From the NCBI GenBank assembly GCA_002104905.1, contig MCFE01000017.1, forward strand, positions 1-64,000: 64,000 nucleotides of DNA, read 5' to 3'. The position numbers and the translations under genes were made by a program. Numbering within the stretch: position 1 is the first letter of the stretch; the number at the start of each line of letters is the position of its first letter. The notes under the pieces are model-generated. The model ran no database searches and was not told where the DNA came from. It saw only the letters and a list, made by a program, of their open reading frames with translations. Source of the DNA: Basidiobolus meristosporus CBS 931.73. Its lineage: Eukaryota; Fungi; Basidiobolomycota. Below, in pieces: positions 34,233 to 45,647 of the stretch.

Positions 34233-34421
34233 TTCGAAGATGTGCTTGGAAAGGATGCAAAAGAACGACCTACGAACGCAATGGCTCAATTTTGATCTTT
34301 TCCCTGCAGAGTTCCCGAATATGCCGGCAATCTTTTTTTTGAGATCCAAGGGATTTCGTCGATATTTAGGGGAGAGTGGATGCTCGAAATTAGGGGATTG
34401 CTGAACAAATGATGCGATTTA

Positions 34422-35003
34422 TTAAATAAAGCAAACTGTACAATAGCTGGAGTTCGAACGGAAACTCCAACATGCTCGATTTTTGGATGTGCATGACCAA
34501 ACACACAATGACACAACCATCAAACACATCATCACGCCTATGATCAGATATTTGTTGCGCTGCAAAAACGCTATGAATTCGTTGTGACTCTCTCCGGTGA
34601 GCGAGCGACTGGTCCTCGACGGTCGCACTTCCGGTGTTTCGACAATTCCGCGGGGGTGTATACTGCTGACAGTGTAAGGTGGGGTATTCACACCCATTTC
34701 CAAACGAACATCTCTGGTCACGCGAGCTCTTCGACACCTGTATGACTTTGGACGATTGGCACATCTTGGAAGTAGTGAAAGTGTAGGGGTATCTTTTGAA
34801 GGGTATAGAGCAGGAATAGATTGTTTCTTTCGGATATCGGACCCAATCGGGGAATGTCCACCAATTTTGGACCTAGCAAGTTCTGTCGTTTGTTGAGGAT
34901 GAGTGGGTCTCTCCATAAGTTGGTGAAGGTAAGGCTCGGCCCAGAGAGCCGCCACGTATGAAGATAGAGCGAGCAGGACAAGAGGGAGGAGTGCATATCT
35001 CAT
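34422..35003 (-). CDS. Uncharacterised protein with a signal peptide and a single C-terminal TM helix
   Basis: N-terminal MRYALLPLVLLALSSYVAA, Pro/Ser/Thr-rich ectodomain with two Cys, TM YLIIGVMMCLMVVSLCVW, Cys-rich tail. Confidence 0.55.
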   Translation of the reverse strand: MRYALLPLVLLALSSYVAALWAEPYLHQLMERPTHPQQTTELARSKIGGHSPIGSDIRKKQSIPALYPSKDTPTLSLLPRCANRPKSYRCRRARVTRDVRLEMGVNTPPYTVSSIHPRGIVETPEVRPSRTSRSLTGESHNEFIAFLQRNKYLIIGVMMCLMVVSLCVWSCTSKNRACWSFRSNSSYCTVCFI

Positions 35004-35595
35004 CGTATTGAATGGAGCTAGAATGTAAGCCGCCAGAGTAGTGGCGTGAAAGAAACATTCGTGATATGGCGGCTGAAAAAGACCAGAGTATAATATAGCC
35101 TGAGCACTTGGGAGCCCTCTCTTTGCGGAAATTAAAGGTTGGAAACACTCGGTAGTTAATTAGTTTTCATCAAATTCTCCGGTGTAAATGCAAATAGTTT
35201 ACTCATTGGCATCGGCAACTCCACAACGTCCCTAGCATATATTGGCATCTCCAACGATAAGCACTATATTCCAAGCCATGCCACCACAATAGCTTGCCTA
35301 AATAACTACCCTGATCGAGGTGGTTTTGTGTAATATGATCTAACAGGCATCCTGACTGAAATAGGAGTGGCGGATGTGCCGCTATCGAGTTTCAGCAATC
35401 CAAATCAACATTTTACGATGGATATCCTAAAGCGCCTCATTCTCAGCAGTTAAACCGATCCCAATTTTTGTGAAATGATTTGTCAATCTTTGTACGAGCT
35501 CTGATCTATAGCATTCATTGTACCATATAGAGTAGGTAAAAATTTATATTTCTACTCCACGTCGTTGTTCGAGCTTGTTATTATCTTTCCCCAAC

Positions 35596-38053
35596 ATGCA
35601 GGCCACAGTGACCAAGCCACAATGGCTTCGTTACGCGCATAGGTGTTCGGTTATTCCACGTCGTTGTACGAAGCCCTGTTATTGTTAAAGCGGTGGAATG
35701 AATGCTAATCGTTATTCCATTTGCAGACATATCTACAAAGTATCTCCAACATCGAGTGAATCTATGGAATATCGAAAAAGAGAAACAAGCGAAGATAACC
35801 CGTGAGCTCTTCGATAAGAAGAAGATAGAAGTCAGCCTTCCTGACGGGAGCGTTAAAACGGTCGATGCTGGGGTGACCACGCCTCTTGATATAGCAGCTG
35901 GTACAGCAGTGCTTTTATATTGAAGGATAAATATGGTTTCCAGAGACTAACCAAGTAGTGCTACCATTGCTTTTCAGGAATCTCTCGTTCCCTCGCTAAG
36001 GATGCCGTGATTGCCAAAGTTAATGAAACCACCCTCTGGGATATGTCAAGGCCGTTGGTGGACAATTGCGCTCTACAAATATGTAAATATGACCCAAATG
36101 ATGAAGATATCCACGATACTTTCTGGCACTCTTCGGCACATTTGTTGGGTTCAGCACTGGAAACGAAGTTTGGCGATAATGTCTTGCTGTGTGATGGACC
36201 CTCTCTCAAAGATCGGGGTTTCTTTTACGAGTTTCTATTGTTGAAAAACTCTTCAATATTGGATCAGCAGTTGGCTGACCCCAAGAGTAATCGGGACAAG
36301 GTTCGAGAACTACTGCAGTCGAAGGATGTAGAGTACCTTGGCGAACAAGATCTCCCTGAAATCGTCAAGTTCATGAATAAAGGGATGTCACAAAAAAGTC
36401 CTTTCGAGCGCCTAGTTGTTGATCGAGCTTTCGCCACCTCCCTCTTTGAAGCCAACCCATTCAAGCTTCATTATATCAACAATGTTCCTGAAGACTCTCC
36501 AATCACCCTTTACAAATGCGGGGACTTTATTGATCTTTGTCGGGGTCCACACGTAGCACATACCGGCCAAATCCGCTCATTCGATCTACTCAAGGCCGCG
36601 TCTGCTCACTGGTTGCCTGAAATGTCAGAGAGTAGCCAGATTCCTCAGGCTCTGAATCGTATCTATGGGATTTCCTTTCAAAACCCCCAAGGTCTCAAAG
36701 CTTGGAGAGAGACCATGGAAGAAGCAAAGAAACGTGATCATCGTGTTATAGGGAAGGCGCAGAGCCTGTTTACATTCCATCCCTGGAGCCCCGGATCTAC
36801 GTTTATGTTACCTCACGGGACTCGTATCGCACACAAACTTGCCAACTTCATACGCCAGGAGTACAATAGATTTGGGTATGATGAAGTCATGAGCCCATTA
36901 ATTTACAAGAAAGAGCTGTGGGAGACTTCTGGTCATTGGGAGAACTACAAAGAAGATATGTTTGTTGTCCAAGGTGGGGCTAGTGAAGCAGCAAGCAGCG
37001 GCCATGGCTGCTGTGGAGATGCTGGAGAAGATACGTTCGGATTGAAACCCATGAATTGTCCAGGCCATTGCCTTATTTTCGATAGCACCGTGAGGTCATA
37101 CCGTGATTTGCCGATTCGTCTCGCCGACTTCAGTCCTCTGCATAGGTAAATAATTGCTGGATAACATAGTTGTCGCACATAAGCCTAGCGATATTAATGG
37201 ATTTTCGATGCAAAGAAACGAAGCCTCTGGTGCGCTATCGGGCCTAACAAGAGTTCGCAAATTCCACCAGGACGATGCCCATATCTTCTGTGCAGATTCG
37301 CAGATATTCTCCGAAATTTCCAACACACTGTCGTTCGTGGAACGAGTCTATTCAATCTTCAAGTTCCCGCATTACGACTACACACTCTCTACTCGCCCCT
37401 CCAACTTTATTGGCGAGGTAGCGGAGTGGGATCGTGCCGAGGATGCGTTGAAGAAGGCTCTGAACGACACCGGCCGTTCTTGGACAATCAAAGAGGGGGA
37501 TGGGGCATTCTACGGACCCAAGATCGACATCATGGTCAGGGATGCTCTGCAGCGTGTTCATCAAACTGCAACTATCCAGTTGGATTTTCAATTGCCTAGA
37601 CGCTTCAATCTACACTACCATGGCGAGGACGAAAAATTGCACACACCAGTGATCATACATCGGGCTATCTTAGGCTCTATAGAACGTATGATGGCCATCC
37701 TGATCGAGCATACATCCGGTAAATGGCCGTTCTGGTTGAGTCCCAGACAGGCGATGGTATGTCCCGTGGGAGGCCCCGAATCGGTGGAGTACGCCAAAAC
37801 GGTCAAGGCGAGACTCTCCGACCCGACCCCAGAAAACCACTTCCATGTTGACGTGAACACCTCGAGAAGCACTCTGAACAAAATGGTCCGTGAAGCCCAG
37901 CTCTCGCAATACAACTTCATCCTCGTTGTCGGAGAAAAGGAGCGCAACGACAACACCGTCACGGTGCGGGCCAGAGATGGGAAAATCTTGGGGGTCAAGT
38001 CGATCGAGGAGGTTCAAGAAATGTTCCACTCGCTGAACATGAATTTTGATTAA
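35596..38053 (+). CDS. Threonyl-tRNA synthetase, probably mitochondrial (TARS2-like, with TGS and editing domains), multi-exon
   Basis: Arg-rich N-terminus lacking acidic residues, TGS (LPDG..TTPLDIA), FWHSSAHLLG, DLCRGPH, DHRVIGK, WETSGHW, KPMNCPGH, HRNEASGALSGLTRVRKFHQDDAHIF, GDGAFYGPKID, PVIIHRAILGS. Confidence 0.93.
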
Positions 38054-38335
38054 ATACAATGCATCTATACCATATCCATCCAGAGGTTAACACATGCCTA
38101 TTAAAGTCCATGTCTATTTCAGCCAGACAGCTGGTTCATATGCAGCCCCATTAACATGCTACGCCCCAGCACCATTCATCAAGGTAGTGCCAGGGCCTTT
38201 CGTGTTGTGGAAGAATGTGAAGAAACTTTTATTCGTTCTAAAAGTGAGGGGAAGTGGGGGGGGGAACCTTGAGGAGTGTGGCAAGATTCAACATTATCTT
38301 AAATGGTGTAAAAGTAGCAAAGTCAGGCTCGAGAT

Positions 38336-41300
38336 TTACATGAATTTCATATTCCAATCTTCAAATAAAAGGACTGGCTTCTCAACCGGGGTAGGTGGTT
38401 CCATCCCTGTTTGCTGTAGAACCAGGATCTCGGCTTGAGAGGGTTGAATGGTGGCCACGAAGATGGTGTCCATGGAAGAATGGATGCTTTGATGCAGCTC
38501 AGACATTCTTCTCTGGATCTCCCGGGCCTTCTCCAAGTGTCCGAATAAGGCCAGATGCTTGACGAGGCTCTTGGATTCGGTTTGGTGGATGTTGAAGCGC
38601 AATATAAGGCGTTTGAGAGAATCCATGAGGTATTCCTCTTCAAAGACACTTCCCTTTTTACCACGGAGACGCTTCTCCTTCTTCTTACGACTCTTGGCGG
38701 TCTTTCCGCTCTTGGAAGAGAACGAGGTGACTCTGGTCGAGGCCTTAGTGTATCTGGAGAATTCACTGGCCATGGAGGTGGTATCGGACATCACATCGAT
38801 GTTGTCCAACATGTCTGAAACGGCTTCAATTTCAGAGGCTTCGAGGGCCTTCTTGGCGCGGATTTCGGCGAGTCTCGTGGTCTGCTTGGTTAGTTGGTCG
38901 TTCATTTCGGAGATGTCCTCATTCAAATGGTTGAATGATTCTACGAGTCCAGGTTTGATGTGGGTTTCGATGAGATCGGATCTGTCGTAAAGGTTGGCGA
39001 TACGTAGGGCTTCGCTCCATAGATTACCATTGGTAAGGGTGTCGACCGCTTCTTCAGGATCCTTCACATAGTCGAGCAGAATCACCGCAGCGTCTTTGCA
39101 GAGTCTCTTGTCCTTCAATTGAGAGGCAAGGCTTCGGCCAAGTGCGGCGATCTCGGACTCGCTGTACTTCAATTGGTGTACCAGAGCGAAAACCTCTTGC
39201 CAGCAGAGAGCGCGTTGATAAGCCTCCAGTGCCTTCTCGAGTTTACCACACATCATGTACGCGATACCGGCTTCTTCGTACTGGGATTTGGTATGCAGGA
39301 AGTCGCCATAGATGTCGAGAACCGCTTGGTGCTTGTCGGCGTCCGCAGTGAACAACTCGAGCGCATACTCGTAAAGGTTGTATTTCTTGACGTACTCGAG
39401 GCAGTCTTCGAAATATTGATTGCCAGCAAGGTTGAGGTTCATCAGTGCCTTTTGGTGGCGTCCAAGATGGTCGTCGATGCGATATCTCTGATAGTATTGC
39501 TCCAGCTGCTGTAGCTCGGTCAAGAAAGGCAAATACTCACGGGGATCCTTCTGAGACTGCTGGGCGACCATCAACACAAGCTCGAAGTCGTACATTCCTA
39601 GGGCAACATCATGCAGTAGATTGACATCCACGAGGAAAATGGTGTATTTGAGGGCCTCCTCGGCAGCGGAGGGATCTTGCTTCTTGATCTCGCGAAGAAG
39701 GGACAATGCCTCCTCTAGCTCCGGTGGGCTCTTCTTCACGTACGTAGTGATGATGGGCTGCATATACTTCTTTGTGTCCAGAGTGTTGAGTTGTGTACGA
39801 ATGGCGTCGCAGATGGTGTTGACCTTGTTGGTGTATTTGCTTTGGTCCTTCTTGTGGGAAGTCTTATCGAAGATTAATGGGTACATCGTCACAGTGACAT
39901 CCTCGTTGCTCAAGCTCGAGAGGAATAGATTGAGATAGTCTACATCCTTGATCTGGGTTACCACCGAACCCACGTTCTCCATGAAAGCGTCGGGAGAGTG
40001 GTCGTACAGAATGTTGAGATCAAGACGATGCTTTCGGCAATCGATGAATGCCGATCTGTAATCCAACCGATCGAGTGACTCTCTGACGGCGGAAAGAACC
40101 ATGGCACGGGGATAGATGGTTTCGAGATTGCCTCTAGGCATTTGCAACACCAAAGACATGCTGGAGGAAATAGCCGTCACTATCTTGGCGCCTCTTTCCA
40201 CCCGGCGAACGGTCTCATCGTACTTCAAGGTGTTCTCACTGGGAACCTTGAAGTCCTCGATGTCAATATTCAGTGGAATGAAGCGAACGATATGCGAAAC
40301 ATTGGTGTAGATCAAGAAATGATCCGTAACATAGAACGAGGTACAGTCAGACGCCAGAAGGGTGCCGTTAACGTAAAGCTTGTTACGCTCACTCTGGGCA
40401 ATCAGTGCCTCGACTGAGGTCTCAGGTGTAGACCCAATGCGAGCGGAGGATATCCATGTACAAGGTTCTGGAAGGGTGGATACTCCAGAAAATGGCATGA
40501 GTTCAAAGTTTCCAGGCTCGCAGTTAAGCTGGTAGATTTCACCATCGACTGACTCAACCAATACGTCCCCATGAACAGAGTTATGATACAGGCGCACGAT
40601 GGACAGATGAGCATCCACACTTTCAATGTTAGTGAGCTGGACTTGTGGCTCACGCTGAACATGCATGAGGATCAATGAATCTTGCTTGCCAATATGGGAT
40701 TGAACACCAACCACCAGCTGGGGTTGGATCCAAGCAATTTGCTTCAAGGTGCCAGCTTGGGTATGTTCCCTCAAATTGAATGAGCCTAATAAGCGAGGAA
40801 CAATTGGCTTGGAGGTTGTTTTGCTGAAGGGTGTTTCATAAAGAGAAATGGCTCCATTGGCATTCAGAGTGGCAAAGTCGTTAACTTGAGCTCCGGTGCA
40901 GAAACTGACATTCGAAACAGGATATTCGGCCTCTACTTCGAATGCACTCATAGGAGGAGGTACATTGAAGTACTTAAATGGTGTCAATAGCAGAGTTGTG
41001 CCGTCTATAACTCCGGCCATTCCTGCTTCATTCGCGGAAGCACCGCCGCTAACGAAGTGGTCCCAGCAATAGTTGTATTGATGATAATGACCGGCGCGGG
41101 TAAACATATGCAACCTAAGAGTAGATTCAATATCCCAAGAGGCTTGTACGATCGGGCCTTCGTTAGCATCAACGCTAATCTCCTGTTTCAGGTACCAGTG
41201 GTAGTTGTTCATGGTCCACAGCTGGATGCATGACTTGTTAACAGCGCGATTCTCATTCTCAAGCCAAACAGCTAGAACACTAGAGTCAGCATTCCAGAAG

Positions 41301-42238
41301 ATATCGACGATTTTGGCATCCTTTTCGCGCAGAGAAAACTCTCCATGTCTCAGGCCGTTTCGCTCGAAAAAGACAATGTCGTGCTTGTGTGGCAGAAGCT
41401 GACTACTGGCGATGAGGTTTCCCGAGGGCTTCCAAGAGCAGACGTGCTCCAGCTTGTCTACGGGCTCGGATGTATTCTGGAGTACACCCTCACGGCTGTA
41501 CATACGAAGGATACGGATTCCTTTGTTTCTGTCAATGATAGAAATCACAAAGAAGTTACCGTCCCCTCTCCAGGAGACTCTAGGTCTGAAATCGTCACCC
41601 TCGGAAAGTGTGAAGGCGGAAGTATCGGTACGCTTTAAAGCAGCTTGCTTTCCCTCCGAGCCGTGGAACTGGGTCTCCTTCTTTCCCCAACCAACATTAA
41701 CTTGAGCATCCTCACCTGCGTCTTCCGAGTGGATGGAGTGCTCACCAAGGACGTCAAAGTCCTTAGTCATTAAAAGGAAAGTATCTTTTCCGGTGATAAA
41801 AAGTACTAATTCCTCGTCTGGACTCCATTCCATGGCGCATATGCCTACTTCTATGGATCCAACACATTCTACCATTTCTTCCGACGAGCCATCTCTTCTG
41901 ATTAAATAAATGTCGCCAGTACTTAAAGCTACGCATACAGCCTGCAACTCAAGGAGGAAACGGATTCCAACCACACTCTCGGGGACGGTGTTCACCTCCT
42001 CATTATAATTCTCTCCGAGTGGGAACGAGGCCAGTTCAGTCAGACCAGGTTCTTCCCAACCTTCTTTTTCAGACAAAAGTAATACTTTAACCTCGTTATC
42101 GAGCTCTGACTGGTGCGCAACATAAGTATCACGCTCTACCGAGTCAAAGCATGCTTGTACCGAACGTAAATATGACTCAGAAGGGAGGGAAACCGGTAGT
42201 GAGTGTGCGACTTTGTTCGCGAGTATGAGGTTCTTCAT
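38336..42238 (-). CDS. ELP1: Elongator complex protein 1 (Iki3/ELP1), single exon
   Basis: MKNL start, VGWGKKETQFHGSEGK, SWRGDGNFF, WKPSGNLIAS, FFERNGLRHGEF, NYHWYLKQ, VLQMPRGNLETIYPR, ALGMYDFELVLMVAQQSQKDPREYLPFL, basic C-terminal tRNA-binding patch. Confidence 0.97.
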   Translation of the reverse strand: MKNLILANKVAHSLPVSLPSESYLRSVQACFDSVERDTYVAHQSELDNEVKVLLLSEKEGWEEPGLTELASFPLGENYNEEVNTVPESVVGIRFLLELQAVCVALSTGDIYLIRRDGSSEEMVECVGSIEVGICAMEWSPDEELVLFITGKDTFLLMTKDFDVLGEHSIHSEDAGEDAQVNVGWGKKETQFHGSEGKQAALKRTDTSAFTLSEGDDFRPRVSWRGDGNFFVISIIDRNKGIRILRMYSREGVLQNTSEPVDKLEHVCSWKPSGNLIASSQLLPHKHDIVFFERNGLRHGEFSLREKDAKIVDIFWNADSSVLAVWLENENRAVNKSCIQLWTMNNYHWYLKQEISVDANEGPIVQASWDIESTLRLHMFTRAGHYHQYNYCWDHFVSGGASANEAGMAGVIDGTTLLLTPFKYFNVPPPMSAFEVEAEYPVSNVSFCTGAQVNDFATLNANGAISLYETPFSKTTSKPIVPRLLGSFNLREHTQAGTLKQIAWIQPQLVVGVQSHIGKQDSLILMHVQREPQVQLTNIESVDAHLSIVRLYHNSVHGDVLVESVDGEIYQLNCEPGNFELMPFSGVSTLPEPCTWISSARIGSTPETSVEALIAQSERNKLYVNGTLLASDCTSFYVTDHFLIYTNVSHIVRFIPLNIDIEDFKVPSENTLKYDETVRRVERGAKIVTAISSSMSLVLQMPRGNLETIYPRAMVLSAVRESLDRLDYRSAFIDCRKHRLDLNILYDHSPDAFMENVGSVVTQIKDVDYLNLFLSSLSNEDVTVTMYPLIFDKTSHKKDQSKYTNKVNTICDAIRTQLNTLDTKKYMQPIITTYVKKSPPELEEALSLLREIKKQDPSAAEEALKYTIFLVDVNLLHDVALGMYDFELVLMVAQQSQKDPREYLPFLTELQQLEQYYQRYRIDDHLGRHQKALMNLNLAGNQYFEDCLEYVKKYNLYEYALELFTADADKHQAVLDIYGDFLHTKSQYEEAGIAYMMCGKLEKALEAYQRALCWQEVFALVHQLKYSESEIAALGRSLASQLKDKRLCKDAAVILLDYVKDPEEAVDTLTNGNLWSEALRIANLYDRSDLIETHIKPGLVESFNHLNEDISEMNDQLTKQTTRLAEIRAKKALEASEIEAVSDMLDNIDVMSDTTSMASEFSRYTKASTRVTSFSSKSGKTAKSRKKKEKRLRGKKGSVFEEEYLMDSLKRLILRFNIHQTESKSLVKHLALFGHLEKAREIQRRMSELHQSIHSSMDTIFVATIQPSQAEILVLQQTGMEPPTPVEKPVLLFEDWNMKFM

Positions 42239-42520
42239 TATCACTGGTCTTGAAAGCTCCTCGCAGCAAAAAGTTTGGAGTATTAGTCGCCCTTTTTCAG
42301 ACTCCACACTTTTTTTTATTTCAAGCGGGATGGTCAACCGTGATTTCGTTTTAAAATGATCACCTATTTCAATGGCGTATATATTATGCCAACTGAATCA
42401 TTCATTTTGTTGGCACAAATCCGAAAAAAAAAATTCGTGGCCGGCGAATTGTGCTTGTTGGGAGGGATATGCAGTTGGTTAGGAGCTGCTTTGCTAGGCT
42501 ACTGGTTTTGGTAGAAGAAC

Positions 42521-43961
42521 ATGAGTGAAGAATATCGAATTCTGGAATTCTATAGCGGGATCGGTATGAGCGTCTTCTTCGAAACTATTTGAAGCTATTT
42601 CCTTGGTCTAAACTTTTCGATACCCATCTCTCTCCTACAATATCAAAGGTGGCATGGTAAATCACACACTCCTCAGTAAAACTCTGTTGGAGAAAACCCA
42701 AACTGATCGACCACTTCTTGCACCCGTCTAGCACTATGCTTTCCAAAAAACCGGCAAAATTGGACAAGTTCTCAAAGCTTTTGACATCAACACCACTGCG
42801 AACAACATATACCTGCACAATTTCCCGGACAAGAAAAAGCTTGCTCAGGTTTTTTCTACGTTCGCGTATTCTTTGATTTCTACCATACTAAACTCTTTCA
42901 GCGTAACATAGAGGCATTGCCCTATTCCCATTACGAAAAGCTCAACGCCAACGTTTATTTGATGTCCCCGCCGTGCCAGCCTGTAATAGCGTTATGAACT
43001 ATGTGAAGTGCTTTCCCATGATGCTAACCTCGAGAACTCCCCCAAAAGTATACCAGAACTGGACTGCAGAACGGCTCCAATGACCCTCGTGCCAAGAGCT
43101 TCCTATTTCTGATTGAGATGTTTGGAAAAATGAAAAATCCACCCGAATATATATTAGTCGAGAACGTCAAAGGGTTCGAGGTAAAGCCTGGCACAAACCA
43201 TCCTTACAGCGCGGTTTTTAACTTGGCAATCCCCTTGGAATTAGACCTCAGATACTCGTCAGCTACTTGTCGATCAGCTAGCCAAATGCAATTATACCTA
43301 CCAGGAATTTCTTCTTACTCCGTTACAGTTTGGCATACCCAATTCTCGACTGCGGTACTACCTTGTAGCTAAGCTCTCCCCCAAAAAATTCAAGTTCGCC
43401 GGAAATGAGCTCATGTACGCAATGCCACATATGATCCACCAAGATCCCAATTGCCTAAAGTCCACTGACTTTGAGAGTCGAGGAGAGGATAACAAAGGAG
43501 TACTACCGATTCATGATTTCCTAGAAGACAAAACAAGTGAAGAATTGGCCCCATACATGGTCCAAGAGCCTTTGCTCCAAAAGCACGGCTACGTCTTCGA
43601 TATCACCAAGCCATCCAGCCACCGGTCATGCTGCTTTACCAAGGGATATCATCATTACGCTGAAGCTACCGGCTCCATCTTGCAGATGAACGAAGCACTT
43701 GATACCCATGAAGTATTCCTAGCCAACGGAATCCTCAAAGACTCGAAAGATTCGGTCAACAACGGCGAAGAGCCACCAAAGCTCACCGAGCTTCAGCTCC
43801 GTTACTTCACCGAAAGAGAGATTGCAAACCTGATGGGATTCCCCGCACACTTCACGTTCCCGGAAAACGCAACTCTCAAGCAGAGATACAGAGCCTTGGG
43901 CAACAGTCTCAATGTGACTGTGGTATCGGAGCTGATCAAGTACATGCTTGACGATGAATGA
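42521..43961 (+). CDS. DNMT2: tRNA (cytosine-38-C5) methyltransferase Dnmt2/Trdmt1 (Pmt1-like), multi-exon
   Basis: Motif I LEFYSGIGGM, catalytic MSPPCQPYTR, ENVKGFE, QFGIPNSRLRYY, Dnmt2-specific CFTKGY, LRYFTEREIANLMGFP, YRALGNSLNV. Confidence 0.95.
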
Positions 43962-44258
43962 ATGCTGACAAATTTTGATCACACCTGTAAAGCTCGAAAA
44001 TAAAATTGGCTGCTTTCCCGAAATAGCCTTAGATTCAGTTGATCAGAAAAAAACCCAGCATCACGTGAATGTCTGGTGGGTGGTAGAAATGGCAGGCGAA
44101 TGCTCCTCAGCGCCTTCTTTTCCTGCTGAAACTACACTTAGTTACTCGGTAAGTGAGCACCTTATCCGTTTGGCCAACCACATCCATCTTTAGGATGCGT
44201 ACTTTTCAGTAGCATAAACATCTAACGATATTCCTGGGTTATTACTAGATCGAGGAAC

Positions 44259-44858
44259 ATGGCTCTTCCAGCTGAAATCACCGGAGATGTTCAAAGCATC
44301 CTTCTTTTCAACAAGTGGTCATACGAGGATCTCGAAATCAAAGACATCTCTTTAACCGACTATCTTCAGATCAGATCCCCAGTTTACTTGCCCCACACCG
44401 CCGGCAGATATGCTACCAAGAAGTTCAGAAAGGCCCAATGCCCCATTGTCGAGCGTTTGACCAACTCCCTCATGATGCACGGTCGCAACAACGGCAAGAA
44501 GTTGATGGCCGTTCGTATCGTTAAGCACGCCTTCGAAATCATCAACCTTCTTACCGATCAAAACCCCCTCCAAGTCCTCGTTGATGCCATCATCAACTCC
44601 GGACCACGTGAAGATTCCACCCGCATCGGTAGCTCCGGTACCGTCCGTAGACAAGCCGTCGATGTCTCCCCCTTGAGAAGAGTCAACCAAGCCATTCATC
44701 TTTTGACCACTGGTACTCGTGAATCCGCCTTCAGAAACGTCAAGACCATCGCTGAATGCTTGGCCGATGAGCTCATCAACGCTGCCAAGGGCTCCTCCAA
44801 CAGCTACGCTATCAAGAAGAAGGACGAGTTGGAGCGTGTTGCCAAGAGCAACCGTTAA
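44259..44858 (+). CDS. RPS5: 40S ribosomal protein S5 (uS7), intronless
   Basis: [56 protein letters not shown]. Confidence 0.98.
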   Translation: MALPAEITGDVQSILLFNKWSYEDLEIKDISLTDYLQIRSPVYLPHTAGRYATKKFRKAQCPIVERLTNSLMMHGRNNGKKLMAVRIVKHAFEIINLLTDQNPLQVLVDAIINSGPREDSTRIGSSGTVRRQAVDVSPLRRVNQAIHLLTTGTRESAFRNVKTIAECLADELINAAKGSSNSYAIKKKDELERVAKSNR

Positions 44859-45647
44859 TCGTCTATTACTCTCCATTCACACCCATATCCCGGTTGTCAT
44901 GTATTTGTATTTTTCAATGCAGTCAATCTTTTTGTAGATTCTAAGATAATAAACCTCTGATTCACATTGGAATACCCTCTGTTTTCCCACGCAGAGAATA
45001 GCGTTGGTTCCCGTTATAGCTTGGATTATTCAGTGCGTACACTGCGACAGTTCGTTTGCTCTGGTCGGTGAATGGTGCCCTTAGGCAACCAGAATGTGGT
45101 GCCACATCTTGGTATTTTATTGGCCTCTCAACCCTACGGTTTCATGAGGATTGATCGTGTTGGTGGTGCCACATGATTGGCTTGTAGATTGAGAAAGGGG
45201 CCTGCTGGCAATAGGCATCGAGTTCTGGTTCAATTCCGGCTTGTTACGAATCATTTAATTATGCACCTGTTTTTGAAGCCAAGTCCATGATTAACTGTCA
45301 CCATTCAAAGCCATCAACTCATTCATATAATTGGCTGCTGATTGAGACTGCGAAAGCCATTGTGGGCAACCATATATAAAGTGGGACGAAAATGACCATC
45401 CCACTCCGTTCATTATTCCTTATCCCTACTTGGTGTAGTCTCCTGTGACTCTTACGCCTCCCCTGAAGCACACCGTCCAAACTGGTTTTCTATTGCTCTC
45501 CTTATATTTGCTGAACGTGCTCCTCAAGCCACCTGGATTCCAAAACTAGCTTTGAGCTTCCTCTTATCACCTAGTTAGAAATTCTCACCCAGTTGTCCTT
45601 TGATTGAAGCTCTCTTAAAGCCCTTGTTATCCAAACGGAACTGCATT

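Noticed and set aside
42238-42337. N-terminal extension of the ELP1 ORF from a non-ATG start in the ORF track
   Set aside because: ELP1 homologs begin at the M(R/K)NL motif (ATG at 42238); the extension lies in the shared promoter.
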